A DNA stretch of 64,000 nucleotides from the human T2T-CHM13v2.0 reference genome, Homo sapiens: NCBI RefSeq assembly GCF_009914755.1, contig NC_060931.1, one strand, 5' to 3'. The notes under the pieces are model-generated. The model was not told where the DNA came from and did no database searches. It saw only the letters and a program-made list of their open reading frames with translations. Positions 1 to 17,392 of this stretch are shown here, one piece after another. Each line of letters opens with the position of its first letter. Position 1 is the stretch's first letter. Both the position numbers and the translations under genes were made by a program.

Positions 1-423
1 AACAGAATACCATAAAAAAAAAATTTGTTTTGTTTGAATTCTCTTTTTCAGGCAGCCCCCACAATCACAGCAGATTCAGAGAGACTCCCATAAATGTATT
101 TCTTACAGTTCTGGAAGCTGGGAAGTCCAAGGCTGAGGGGCTGCTTCTGGTGAGGGCCTTCTGGCTGCATCATAACATGGCGGAAGGGCAAGCAGGCGTG
201 CGAGACTGGAAAGCAGGCTGAATATCATCCCTTTATCATGTGTGAGACAGGAAATCAGGCCAAATTTCATCCCTTTATTGGGACCCCACTCCCAGTGACA
301 ACAGCATTAATCCATCATGACCCCTCATGACCTAAGCACCTTTTAAAGGTCCCACTGTTAATACTATTACAATGGCAATTAGATTTCAACATGAGTTTCA
401 GAGGGGACATTCAAACCACAGTA
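1..423 (-). mobile_element. MaLR LTR (MST/MLT1A-like), possibly left-truncated by the window edge
   Basis: Contains 'tttcttacagttctggaagctgggaagtccaag', 'catgacctaagcacc' and the terminal 'tttcaacatgagtttcagaggggacattcaaacca', typical of a reverse-strand MaLR LTR. Confidence 0.75.
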
Positions 424-1267
424 GTCCCTGAATTGGCATTCTCTTGTGTTGGCCAAGAGCCATTCTCTGAATCACAAATAAAATGAACGCCTGGGCAGAG
501 GTTGGGAAGCCTTTCTAAGAACCAGAAATCTGTTCTATCTGTGGAAGAAGAATGTCCTATTATAGTGAGCAAGAGATGGACAAAGCAGAAATGATATGTG
601 CTGCTAGGAGCATTATTTGGCTCTCCTGTCTGTGACAGCCACCAAAGGCAACAAGAATAATGAAAAGAGATATGGTGTAGACAGGCTGACAGAAATGTCT
701 GGAGGGAGCTCTTAGAGTGACTTAAACAGCCCCAACCTTGTTCTAGGATCTCACTAGACTCAGTGAATCACTTTGAACACAAATTAATCCAGCTACCAGG
801 AATCTAAGAAAAAGAAATTGAAAGTTATTATTTTCTATTGTTATGACTTCTCATCCTTATGAAAGTGTTCTTCTTTTGCAACACTTTGCATATTGATCAC
901 AGATTTTCTTCTCAATGCTCATTCACTTATTCAACAAGAATGCATTGGGTGATACATTGAGGAATGCATTGAATGTATGTGAAGGTGCTAAAAGGAATGT
1001 TTAGAATAGCTATCCTTTTGGTGTGCTGAGAGTCTTCAGAGCATCTCCTAATCACTCTCTTAGAGAAGCAAATACAAACCCACAATAACATGGAAGATGG
1101 TAGAATGTTTAGCTTTTTATTTCCAAGGAATTTAATTTTCAAAATAATAGTGGCACATTTTTCCCAGTTATAAAAATGATGTGTGTTCAGCTCACTGTAA
1201 AAATAAAAACAGAAAAAGAAAAATCAGACAATTTTTCTTTTTCAGAGTCAAAAAACATCCTAAATCG

Positions 1268-1582
<315 letters not shown>

Positions 1583-1769
1583 TCAGAGCTCAACTAACAT
1601 TATGGGGTAGATCCTTCCATATTTTTTCTATGTACATATAAACATATTTGATTTTCAAAAATGAGATTCCATTAATCATGCTACTTCATATCCTGCTTTA
1701 TTCTTTTATTATGGTATGTATGTTATTCATTTATTATAGAGCTATACAATCATTTTAAATGGCTGTATA

Positions 1770-2367
<598 letters not shown>

Positions 2368-2502
2368 TTAAAATTAAATAACTATATAGAAGTAACCAAG
2401 GTTACTCTCCATTTTTTGCTATGATAATCTTATGTGTACAACTTTGTTGTATTATCATAGTACATTCAGAGCATTTACAAACATTTATTAAATGCTATTC
2501 AC

Positions 2503-2807
<305 letters not shown>

Positions 2808-3029
2808 TCATTGGACTTTAAGCACACAACCTGGTATTAATACAGATGCCAGTCTCCATCTGTGCACAGCAGAGAAAGAAGTAGAGTAATAGGCAAGACC
2901 ATATCAAGACTCAGACTTGTCTAGGGGTTAAATCTAAGTAAAACACCCAACAAACAGCAGAGCCGGACCTAATCTGCCTTTGCTCTTTGTTATCCTTACA
3001 GTGGTATGGATACTACTCAGAGTCCTAAT

Positions 3030-3185
3030 CAGTGAGTTACTTTTGTCATTGTTAAAATAGCATTAATAATATTACCTGCCCCGTAACGGTATTTGCAGGA
3101 TTGCATAACATAATGCACATAAAGCACTTAGCACAATGCCTGGCTAACAAGTAGTGCTCAGTAAAGGTAGCTATTATCATTATAG
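3030..3185 (+). mobile_element. MIR fragment
   Basis: 'aaagcacttagcacaatgcctggc...gtgctcagtaaaggtagctattat' matches the MIR 3' end. Confidence 0.75.
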
Positions 3186-3599
3186 GGAACTCTTAACATC
3201 CAAGTCAAGGGTCTTGCAGGGAACAAGGATTACAGCTGATTTCTAAGCTTTTCTGGGAGATGTCCTTACCAGGGACATCATTTAACTCAGAGCATGACCA
3301 CATTCATAAAACAGAAGACAGTCTCCCAGGGTTCAGTCCGCTGGCACCTTCACTCCACCTTCCAGCCAAAGGTCAAGTATTTCCAGCACTCAGACATCAT
3401 CCTTGATGCCTATAAAACTCTCAAGTTATTTTTAAATTCTTAAGTCCAAACAAGCACTAAGAAAGTGTATGAATTTTTTATTTTATTATTTGTTGAAATA
3501 AGAAAAACTTCACAGGGAGGTCTAAGAAACTGCTTTTCTCAATTCTACTCTATTTCATCTCCTCTCTCTGTCTCCCTAAAGAGGATAAATGTTTAATGC

Positions 3600-3755
3600 T
3601 GACCTTATTCCTCAAAACCACCCTGTAAAATAGGTATCATGTCCACTTTACAGACAAGAAAAGCAAAAGCATGGCAAGTAAAATGACTTGGCCACATCTA
3701 GGAAGTAGCCAACCCAGGATCCAAACTTTTATCTGGCTGCTTCCAAAGTCCAGGT
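3600..3755 (-). mobile_element. MIR fragment
   Basis: 'accaccctgtaaaataggtatcatgtccactttacagac' matches the MIR core in reverse. Confidence 0.65.
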
Positions 3756-3764
3756 GCTAATAAT

Positions 3765-3912
3765 CTTACACTTGAGTGTACATGAGAATCACCTGGGATC
3801 TCAATACTGATTCTGTAGTTTCAGGTGGGACCCTGGAACCTGCATATTCCCAAATATGCAGGTGATCGAGATCCAGGGAGGTTCACAGGCCATAATTAGA
3901 GAAACACTGTCC
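3765..3912. mobile_element. MER5-like hAT-Charlie DNA transposon remnant
   Basis: 'gagaatcacctgggatc...tgattctgtag...ggaacctgcat...gagaaacactg'. Confidence 0.6.
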
Positions 3913-4678
3913 TTGGCCATACAACATTAATGAAGTCCAGCCATAGGATTTTCTTCTCCTAGTCATTACCAAAGTAGCTTTATTGAAACTTCAGTACACC
4001 TCAGAATTAGCCATGTGTATATCCTGGATATTTGCCAATTTATGAAATGGTTCCCAGACCAGAGCTGGGACACACCTGGTTTCCGGATGTTTCTGCTGCA
4101 TCTGTAGAAATCTTCACCATATCATCGCCCCAGGACAGAGTCAAATCAATTGGGTGACCTTTCCTTCTCTGAAATCCTAATCATCTATCCCCTAGGCCAG
4201 ATTATCTTATCAGCTACTGACCCAGTTAGCTTTCCTACTTCACAACAGGTTTCTAATGCTTTATGTCAGTGTGAGAGAAATGGCAAGTTGGGAAAATTTG
4301 TGACATTGCATTCAGGAGGCAGTGAGGTAGAGCAATAGCTTTCAAACTAGATTCCATCAACCCTCAGGACACTGCAGAGGTGCAACAGGGAAAAGGGGCA
4401 GGGGAGAGAGAAAAGCCTGGGAGCTCTGAGCCCTTCATTAGAGCAGCTGTGCTCAATTCTGCTTCATATACAGAACCGGGATTTCTAAAAGAGTCACTCA
4501 AAAGCTTTTCAGTGGGGGGAGTGGGAAGGGAAACTGAAAAGAGAGAAGTCACAAGAGCTGGATTCTAACCCCAACTCTTCAGTTAACTTGGTATGTGACT
4601 TTGGGCAAATTGCTTCATCTCTCTGGGCTTCGGTCTGCTTACCGGAAAAAAAATGAAAACATTGGAACCATTGATGCC

Positions 4679-5051
4679 TGTCTTAGTCTGCTAGGGCTGC
4701 CATAAAAAATCCCACAGACCTGGTAGCTTGAACACAGAAATTTACTTTCTCACAGTTCTGAAGGCTGGAAGTCCAAGATCAAGGTGTGACAGGTTCGATT
4801 TCTCCTGAGGCCCCTCTCCTTGGCTTGTAGATGGCGGCCTTCTTGCCGCGTCCTCAGATGGCTTTTTCTTGGAGCATGCGCACCTGGTATTTCTTCCTCC
4901 TATAAAGAGATCAGTCATATTGGATTAGGGCCCCACCCTGAAGATCTCATTTTATCTTAATTGTCCTCTTAAAGGCGCTATCTCCAAATACAGTCGTATT
5001 GGGGGTTAGGGCTTCAATATTTACACTTTGGGAGACATAATTCAGTCCACA
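4679..5051 (-). mobile_element. MLT1 (MaLR) LTR
   Basis: 'tgtcttagtctgctagggctgccata...aaatttactttctcacagttctgaaggctggaagtccaagatcaagg...ttcagtccaca'. Confidence 0.85.
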
Positions 5052-5098
5052 GCCTAAGGCTCCTTTCAGTAAACACCAGGGGTTGTTGAGCAGCAACT

Positions 5099-5283
5099 AT
5101 GTGCCAGGCTTTCCTCTGGGTGCTAGGGACACTGTGGCTTCTCAAAAATGCCCGTTGTCTGCAGCCATACCCACCTGAACATGCCCAATCTTGCCTGATC
5201 TCAGAAGCTAAGCAGGGTCAGGCCCAGTTACCACTTGGATGGGTGAAGTGGCCCTTGCACTTGAGGAGCTCACTGTCCAAAAG
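5099..5283 (+). CDS. Putative exon 1 of a 136-aa spliced ORF (MCQAFLWVLGTLWLLKNARCLQ...SLSK), L2/5S-derived
   Basis: ATG at 5099 with A at -3 and an in-frame TGA at 5087-5089; donor AAG|GTGAGC after 5283; phase 2. Confidence 0.4.
5157..5243 (+). pseudogene. 5S rRNA pseudogene, 3'-truncated
   Basis: Colinear with human 5S rRNA nt 1-87 as recalled (GTCT...GATCTC.GAAGCTAAGCAGGGTC...TTGGATGGG). About 72/87 identical by manual alignment, with many CpG-type transitions; nt 88-120 are absent. Confidence 0.92.
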
Positions 5284-5604
5284 GTGAGCTCCATTAACGG
5301 ATGACTGGGGCAAAACAGAAACCCAAAAAAGATAAGAACAGTTCAGGAAGTGGCTCCCAGGGAAGCAACCTAAGATGAAATGATGAAATGTGAAACATGA
5401 ACAGGTGTTCACCAGTTAGAAAACTGGAGGAAGGGCTTTTCCAGCAAAAGGAGCAAAGGCCCAGAGGTGGAGCAAAGGCCCAGAGGTAGAACACATCCAG
5501 GGTGCTGGAGTGCAGTCTGAGGTGGGAAACCCCAGAGGAGGGGCTGGAGCAGGGAGAGGCCACAGGAGGCCTCATTAGCTGTGCTAGGCAGTTATGCATA
5601 TTCA

Positions 5605-5937
<333 letters not shown>

Positions 5938-6689
5938 TTAAGCTGAAGAACAATCTATTTATTTCTGCATTTTAGAAAGCCCCAAAATTCTAAAATTCTA
6001 TTTAGCAGTCTCTGGCTTTCCATGACTGCCACGTCATTTGTGGCTAACCAGTGTCAGCCAGCTGGTGATGTATTGCACAGCTACTAAATGCCTTAATTCT
6101 TGGTTACTTCTCTCACAGGGCCGTGGGTGTGTGTGCTTATGTGTGTGTGTTCATTAGATCTTGGGTATAAATTGCCTTCTGGACTCTGCAGTCCGCTTCC
6201 CTTTGGTCTAGAGAGGAAGCATACATCATACTCAAATGTCTTATTTCATTACAATAAACACCCATAAGGATAATTAGGACCAGGACTATTACATTTGTGG
6301 TAACAAAGGCATGTAAAACTTCATGATCCTGAACTCTCTGCCTGCTAAAGATTCACTAAGACCATAGGTTCACATGCTGAGAAACGAAAGCCTCACAGCT
6401 TCCTGGAGGAGAGAATGCACTTAAGGTTTTAAAGAGCTGTACCTTACCACAATATCACTGAAACTTACAGAGTATTTAGAAGAAAGGGGAACATCACTTG
6501 GGTTTTTATAGATAATTGTTAGTAATCTACTTATTAAACACACTGATTCTAGTGCTTTCTGAGAAATTTGCAAAAGACAATCCTTTCTATTGTAAATTCC
6601 TTGCTAAAAGAGGATTAAATAAAGCATTAAATAAAGCAATTAGATGCACAAACACAGATATATCAATATACTTTGTTCAGGTAATATAA

Positions 6690-7500
<811 letters not shown>

Positions 7501-7507
7501 TGGAAAG

Positions 7508-7957
7508 GGCCAGGCGCGGTGGTTCATGCCTGTAATCCCAGCACTCCGGGAGGCTGAGGTGGGAGAACTGCTTGAGCTCAGAAGTTTGAGGCTGCAGCGG
7601 GCTGTCATCTTGACACTACACTCCAGCTTCAGTGACAGCATGAGACACTGTGTCTAAAAAAAAATTATTGGCTAGGCATGATGGCTCATGCCTATAATCT
7701 CAGCACTTCGGGAGGCTGAGGCAGGCGGATCGCTTGAGCCCAGGAGTTCGAGACCAGCCTTGACAACAAAACTCTGTCTCTACAAAAATTAGCCAGGCAT
7801 GGTGGTATGCGCCTGTAGTCCCAGCTACTTACGGGGCTGAGGTGGGAAGATCGCTTGAGCCCAGAAAGTCAAGGCTGCAGCGAGCTGTGATTTTGCCACT
7901 GCATTCCAGCCTTGGTGACCGAGTGAGACCCCATCTCTAATATATATATATATATAC
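7508..7957 (+). mobile_element. Alu monomer (7508-7663) followed by an AluJ-like dimer (7669-7940) with a (TA)n tail
   Basis: Alu consensus motifs. Confidence 0.9.
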
Positions 7958-8014
7958 TGTCAATATTTATTGAGCTCTTTCTATGTGCCAGGTTTATACT
8001 TTCTGTTATAAACA

Positions 8015-8200
8015 CCTTATAAGCATCATTTCAATCTTCATGACAGGTTGGAAAGGAAGTACCCCAGCCTATTGAATGGGGAAATTGAAGCACAGATATG
8101 TAAAACATCTTCTCTAGAGTTACCCAGCTGGTAAGTTGTTGAATTAGGGTTGAAAGCCAGGGAGAATGGCTCCTGAACACACACATTTAACCACTGAACT
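8015..8200 (-). mobile_element. MIR fragment (hosts the putative exon 2)
   Basis: 'atggggaaattgaagcacaga...cccagctggtaagt' matches the reverse MIR core (gaggaaactgaggcacaga...cacagctagtaagt). Confidence 0.7.
8047..8130 (+). CDS. Putative exon 2 (84 nt, RLERKYPSLLNGEIEAQICKTSSLELPS), MIR-derived
   Basis: Acceptor 'tttcaatcttcatgacag|G'; donor CTG|GTAAGT; length divisible by 3; open in phase 2. Confidence 0.4.
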
Positions 8201-8534
8201 ATATGCCGCCGAGAAAATCAGGAAACATATTATCAAGGAAGGCCAATTGACTTCAAGATGATATTTGGAGAAAGAACACCTGTGGGACAGACCTCGCTGA
8301 GAGAGAGAGAGTACCTCTGGCAGGAAGGGAAGTAAGGACAGAATCAAGAAACGGGAAAATGATACGAAGCTGGTAGTCTTTCCCACACAGGAAGGAGAGG
8401 AAGCTTAAAGGAACATGTATGAAGCTCAATATTAAATGACAATGAACAGAGATGAATTTATTATTTTGAAAAGCCAACACTTTCAAAGTATTTCAAAGGA
8501 CAGCACTTTCAGGAAAGTGCATGTCAGTCACTAA

Positions 8535-8879
<345 letters not shown>

Positions 8880-10342
8880 TAGTTCTCATCAAATGCACTA
8901 AGAGTCAAGGATGCTACACTGTCACCCTGCCATGGACCTGTCTTCTGGGCTTCAATAGTAAAAGCCTTTCAACCTATGTAAAATATGGAATGGCTTCATG
9001 CCAAAACTGGACAGTTAATATTATTAGGATTTATAAATCAGCAGCAACATTCTATTTTCAATGTGCCTGGGTAAGGCCTGCCAAGTAATTGTGCCTGTTT
9101 TCTTGCTTTTAATATATTTCACAGTGTTCCTTAAGGGGAATGAGTGGAAGAAGAGAAAGAGACGTTCATGAGTTAATTGAAATCCCTTCTTGTGAAATAC
9201 TTACTTTCCAAAGAAAAAAACACATGAGAAAGTGTTGTGCCTTGTGTCAAAGTCTCATTGTCCACTGCATACAGAAATAGCACAGAATTATCAAGGCCTG
9301 ACTCTTAGGCCATTTTCTGCCCCTTCTCACCGAAGATCTGCATAAGTAGCTAGAATAATTTTAGTAATTATCCTCCATCGTCTCCTGTGTTGAAATCGGT
9401 ATGTCAGATCCAAAGGGAGACAGGAGGAGTCAGCTCTCCTGACTGTGGGGGCTCCAGACCCTAATTAAAAAGGTCAGACAGGAACAATGAGCAGAAACCA
9501 ACCACAGGAGACATTTCAACATCTGTAAACACGTGGAAAATTCAGCCAAGTAGCATTTAGATAGCCTGGACAATAGGGCCATTATAAATGCTGCACTCAT
9601 GAGCAGTGATTCAAATGACAGCTTTGAAAAGGATTTGCAAAGAGCCCTTTGGAAATGTAACATGGGCAACTCCGAGCCCATGACATGTTACAAGGACAAA
9701 TCTGACTGAACAAAGATCCAAAGCAGCATTGAATGACTTATTTATTCATTCCTGCTCTGTACAAACCTGGGAGAATGTGACATATTTTAAATTACCTCCC
9801 CTGATAGGCAACATCCATGGTGCATGGGAAATGTTAGCCAAGTTTTTAAAAGAGCAGAATGTTTCACAAGGTGGCAATTACACCACACTGATGCTTCCAC
9901 CAAATTCTGCAAATTGTCCTCGTGTCTCACGGTCTTAAGACTGAAGGAGTGATGGCCACATCTGGAGAGGAAAATTCTGACTTTTATTTCCTTCCACTTA
10001 CTCTCTTTACAAATCTGTTTGAAGAGCTAGTCCTTGCCAAGCCTTCAGGTGGAAAACTCTTCATGTGCATACTATCTAAGTAGTTGTAATAACATTCTAA
10101 TTTTACTCCCCCAACAAAGTGTTTTCCTGATATTCTGTGGGGAGTGGTTGTGTTCTGATCACAGCTGGTTATTATTATTCAGCCTAAGAGTCTGCAGAAC
10201 TTCTGCATGCCCTGGGGTTTCTGTTGCGTGGTGGTGTCATGCAGTAGGAAGAAAAAATATGCTCTGGTCGCAGTGTCTAAGTAACTCAAATCCAAGCAAA
10301 CATTCCCAGCACGCCTTCTGATGAGCAGCATGCACTCATGGG

Positions 10343-10810
<468 letters not shown>

Positions 10811-10932
10811 GCTCACTGGCTTCACACTTTCATTTTCCCACTTACTTCTCAGCTCCCTGCCCACCACAGATACTGTGGGTCAGAAGTACAGTCCCAGAGT
10901 TGACAATACTCAACAAAGAAGAAACCTTTAAT

Positions 10933-11300
10933 GGCCAGGTGCAGTGGCTCATGCCTGTAATCCCAATACTTCAGGAGACCAAGGTGGGAGGATCACTTGA
11001 GTCCGGGAGTTTGAAACCAGCCTGGGAAACATAATGAGACCCCATCTCTATAAAAAAAAATTTTAAATTAGCTGGGCATGGTAACGCGTGCCTGTGGTCC
11101 TAGTTATGTGGGAGGCTGAGGTGGGAGGATCATTTGAGCCTGGAGGTGGTAGAGGCCACAGTGAGCTATGATTGTGCCGCTGTAGTCAAGAAGCCTGAGT
11201 CACAGAGCAAGACCCTGTCTCAAAAAGAAGAGGAGGAAGAGGAGGAGGGAGAGGAGAAGGAGGAGGAGGAGGAGGGGGAGGAGGGAGAAGAAGAAGAGAG
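10933..11300 (+). mobile_element. Alu (AluJ-like) with a (GAG/GAA)n purine tail at 11226-11300
   Basis: Alu dimer followed by a pure-purine tract. Confidence 0.9.
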
Positions 11301-11323
11301 CTTTAGGAATGAAGGACTGACTA

Positions 11324-11739
<416 letters not shown>

Positions 11740-12089
11740 TTAGGGTCAGGCCCCAGGCTGTGGGCCCAGATGATGAAGGAGAAAGAGAAAGTTTTGTGAA
11801 ACTGGCCGCAAATGTTCCCGGAACCTTCCTGTAAGAGAGCTGAGGATCTTCCCAGGGAGACATCTGCCCTGCCGGAGGCTTCCTTCTCCCCTCTACCTCC
11901 CGCAGGTATGGGTGTCACTACCCTGGGGTCTGATCTAAAGTCCTTCCAACACTCACTGCTCCCTTCCCAGCCCACTGAGAACAGGTCTTACCCTGACTGG
12001 GATGCAGCCTTAGATACATGTACTTCCTTCTTGGCAATCTTACTTTTCCTTCATCCTGTGATGTCATAAAGTCAAACCAGGCAGCTTAG

Positions 12090-12865
<776 letters not shown>

Positions 12866-13142
12866 GTTTTGCTTTTAATAATATCTAAAGAAAGTATTCC
12901 TTTCCGTAGGGCTTCTGCCAGCATGACTCAATCTCAGATAATCATTATAGACTAATCATCATTATGACATGATCATATTTCAATTATCCTCTGTGTAGTC
13001 TGGGTATATTAAAGTAACCGTGAGTTCTCTTGCTGAGAGAAGTTCATTAAGATCATAATGTGGATACGATTTTTTTAAGTGTGTTGAAAAACAAGGGGGA
13101 ACATACCAAAAACAACAACAGAATGATCCAGAGGATTTTCTA

Positions 13143-13659
<517 letters not shown>

Positions 13660-13794
13660 CTATGAAAATCATTCAAAGAATAAGGTTAATCATACTGTTT
13701 GAGGTCTAGCTGTATTGATACAGGATCAGTCCCTAATCTATTGGAGAAAAGGAAAAGTAATTATCCCCTGAGAATTCATCCAAAAGAAACAAAA

Positions 13795-14090
<296 letters not shown>

Positions 14091-14276
14091 AAGAAATATT
14101 TTAAAATATAAATAGATCTTTATATAAAAGATATTCATATTTATAATAATAAATCAGAAACCTTCCTATATGTCTGACAATAGTGAAACAGTTGCAAATG
14201 GAATATTGAGCATAGAGTAGAAAGGAATGAGAATGAGGCAGAATATTATGCAGCCATTGAAAATTCATGCTGATGG

Positions 14277-14425
14277 TGGGGCACAGTAGCGCACACCTGT
14301 CATCCCTACACTCTGGGAGGCTGGGGAAGGTGGCTCACTTCAGCTCAGGAGTTCGAGATCAGCCTGGGCAACATGGTGAAACCCTGTCTCTATATTATAA
14401 ATTAAGTAAATAAATAAATAAAAGA
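14277..14425 (+). mobile_element. Alu monomer (FLAM-like)
   Basis: Left-arm Alu with an (AATA)n tail. Confidence 0.8.
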
Positions 14426-15021
14426 AACTTATGCTGATATGGACAATGGAAATTTAGAAAATTGTCTTTAATGTAATGTTTAAATGTTTAAAGTATCATC
14501 TATACTGTAATTACAATTGTATAAAATAATTTCCCATTTAGATAAGGAATGGAAAGAAATATAGGAAGAAAACAGTTGTGTCCAAGTGATTAAATTGTGG
14601 GTCATTAATCTTTATAATAATTTCTTTTGTAGCTGCTATAATGTTGAGTTCAAATAAATAAAACTTGGAAAGAAAAGGAAAACACTCAAGTGACACATTT
14701 TTCCATGCTAAGCAGAAAAGTCAGTGATACTTGGGAACAGTCCACATTTTTCCTTGCTCCTTCAAAGCAGCCTCTAATCTTGACCCAGATGGAGGGAATA
14801 CTCATGTTCTTCTTGCTGGGAAGACTGTACTGTGGGTTGAATGGAACAGAAATCTCAAACTTTCCAGTATTGTTTGGTAACAAATGCAAAATGCATTTGA
14901 ACCATTCATTGGTATAGTTTTTCCGTGACAAATATTATGCACAAAAATCTTGCAGACAGAAAATGATGTATTTTTTCTCTCCCCCCACCCTTTTTCTCTC
15001 TCTTCCCTCCAATTTCTGCAG

Positions 15022-17392
15022 TTCTGCTAAGCCAATATTCTCTAGAATGAGCACAAAACAAATCGAATAACAGCTAAACAAATCGAATAACAGCTAAACG
15101 AATCGAATAACAGCTTTTGTACATCAACATCAAGAAGGAATACGCCTGAGAGAGATCAGAGTATATAGATGAATATGAACAAGAATGGAACATTCACTTG
15201 TCAACGCACTTTCTAAATCTAGATCAGCAGAGATGGGAGTGATTTTCTGGAAAGAGATGTGATCATGGATTAAACACCAGCTCATTGGAAACTCATTGGA
15301 TGAGATCAGAAAACGTTCATGAAAAATCATATTCAGGAAATAAGGAAGAGGAATATAAATGCTCTAGAGTTAACATGTAAAATATATACGTACTGAGGTT
15401 TGTAAACTGTCCTTTTTAAATCAAACTGAAAACAAAAAGCTTTAACCTTTCAACAGAATTTTTAAAAAGGCAGTTAGTTCTAAATTATTCCTATCTCAAT
15501 AGCCAAGAGGCTGATCAAGCGTCATTTATTGAGGAAGCATCTTAGAAAATGCCTCTGAATGTTTTCATAGGAGCCGTGACCTTTGGTTCTTCATCTCTAC
15601 CATTCATTTACTTCACTGTGTAATTAGTTACAACCACTCAGTTATTAAGAGACGTAACGCTTCAAACTTTTTACCAAGTCTGTGTTCTGTTTAATCTGTC
15701 CATACAAGTTATTACTGAGAAAGTGTTTATGCCATATACTATTACTCCATCAAGCTGTATATTACAGGAAGTACATCTTTACATCATAGGTTCCCAAGCA
15801 ACATAGATTTCCCTATCTTTCAGGAAACAGCATCAAGGAACTCTGAAAAATATAGAAAAAGTTCATTTTCACCTTGGAAGCTCACGTGTAATATTATAGG
15901 CTACTATCAAATAAACACTTTTTTTCTAATTCTCCCTAGTATATGCATAGGAATTTAATATACTTTATAAATAAGTATCTAAAATGTCTCCTACTTTTTT
16001 CCTATTTCTTTGCCATACATGTTATCAGAAATCCATGTCTTCTATTTCCCTTACTGATGGGCACTCATTTTTATTTTTTTAAAAATCATTCCATTAAACA
16101 TATTTCTAAATAATAGTAAGTGGTACTAACAAAATAAATAATAATTTAATAGCCTTAGAAATAAATGACTGTATACTTATACAGGTTGAAAAAAACTCGG
16201 TAGGAATAAGTTACCTTTTTGTTTACTAATGTTGGTTTCAAAAATACTCAGATTCATTTTAGTTGGCTGACATCTGGAAGTAGTTAACAACTAACCAGTG
16301 GACTTCAACAATCATTTGCTCCCAGGCTTCCCCCATCATCACCCTCACCACATATCCTGCTAATATCCAACAACAAACAAATATTTAATATTGAAATAGC
16401 CCATTGCCTGAGAATGAACACAAGCTAAAATACATGCAAGGGTACTTAATGGAAGCCAAACCATGTTCTATACCTAAGGAGAAAACATGGACATGTAGAA
16501 TGCTTTTATTCATGTATTCAAAATCAGAACAAATCAGTGTATATCACTAGAACATCAGATGGAGGATAACACAAGAAGTGATACAGATCAGGGTTCACTT
16601 CTCTTACCCTCTCTCTGTTAGGACCACATTCCTATTTTAGCCAAATGTTTCTGGTACGGGCCATCTTTTCACCATAAATGGCATTATGTTTCAAATGGCT
16701 AAAAGCATATTATGGGTATGCTCAAAGGAGTAAAACCCAATTCACAGAGATGTGGCTTTTCTAAAGAACCAAATTAAGGGAATACTTAGTATCTACAACT
16801 AAAGTATTAGTCATTCTGAGGATTATTTGTTGCTTTAAGTATTAGCTCCCTACTACATCCATAACACCCTACTTACTAAATTTAATTACACACAACTTTT
16901 CAAGAATTCGTATTTTATTTGAAGGGAGGTACCTGTCTACTTTATCTACAATAAAAACAAAGGGTATTGGCTTTCTCTAATCCATGCAAACTACAAATTC
17001 CATCGGGAGTCCTACATCACTAACAGTGGTATGAACAAAACTAAGAAAGTACTTCCTATCCACATGTGAATGTTTTAAAAAAGTTTTTGCCATAAAACCT
17101 AAGTGTAATTTAGCATACCACAGTGCTCTGAAGATGGGTCATTGACGATGTACCATTTGTATATAGGTAATACACATGTAAATCACTAATTGTTAATTAA
17201 ATATAAGAAGTAGGTTTTTATCTTTTTAAAAAAAAAACAAAAAAGGTGACTCCCTTTCTCATTCTGTTCTGTTGTATTGCGTCCAAAAGTTGTGTGTAAT
17301 TTTTTTAAGGTCCAAGAAATGTAAAGAAATTTGTTGGAATACCTGAATTTCTGTAAAAAAATAAAAATAAAAATAAGATTTTGTTACTTAAA
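15022..17392 (+). other. Probable terminal exon / 3' UTR of an unidentified + strand gene
   Basis: About 50-nt polypyrimidine tract ending 'aatttctgcag|' at 15021; stop codons within 50 nt in all three frames; about 2.3 kb AU-rich and Alu-free; ends at tandem AATAAA plus a GU-rich element. Confidence 0.65.
15056..15115 (+). repeat. 20-bp tandem triplication (AAACAAATCGAATAACAGCT x3, one mismatch)
   Basis: Read directly: units at 15056, 15076 and 15096. Confidence 0.95.

Noticed and set aside
5157-5243. Functional 5S rRNA gene
   Set aside because: It lacks the 3' third and the terminator, is about 17% diverged and is a dispersed single copy.
15022-17392. Assigning a gene symbol to the host gene
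   Set aside because: I do not recognise the UTR or C-terminal peptides with confidence; a BLAT search is needed.
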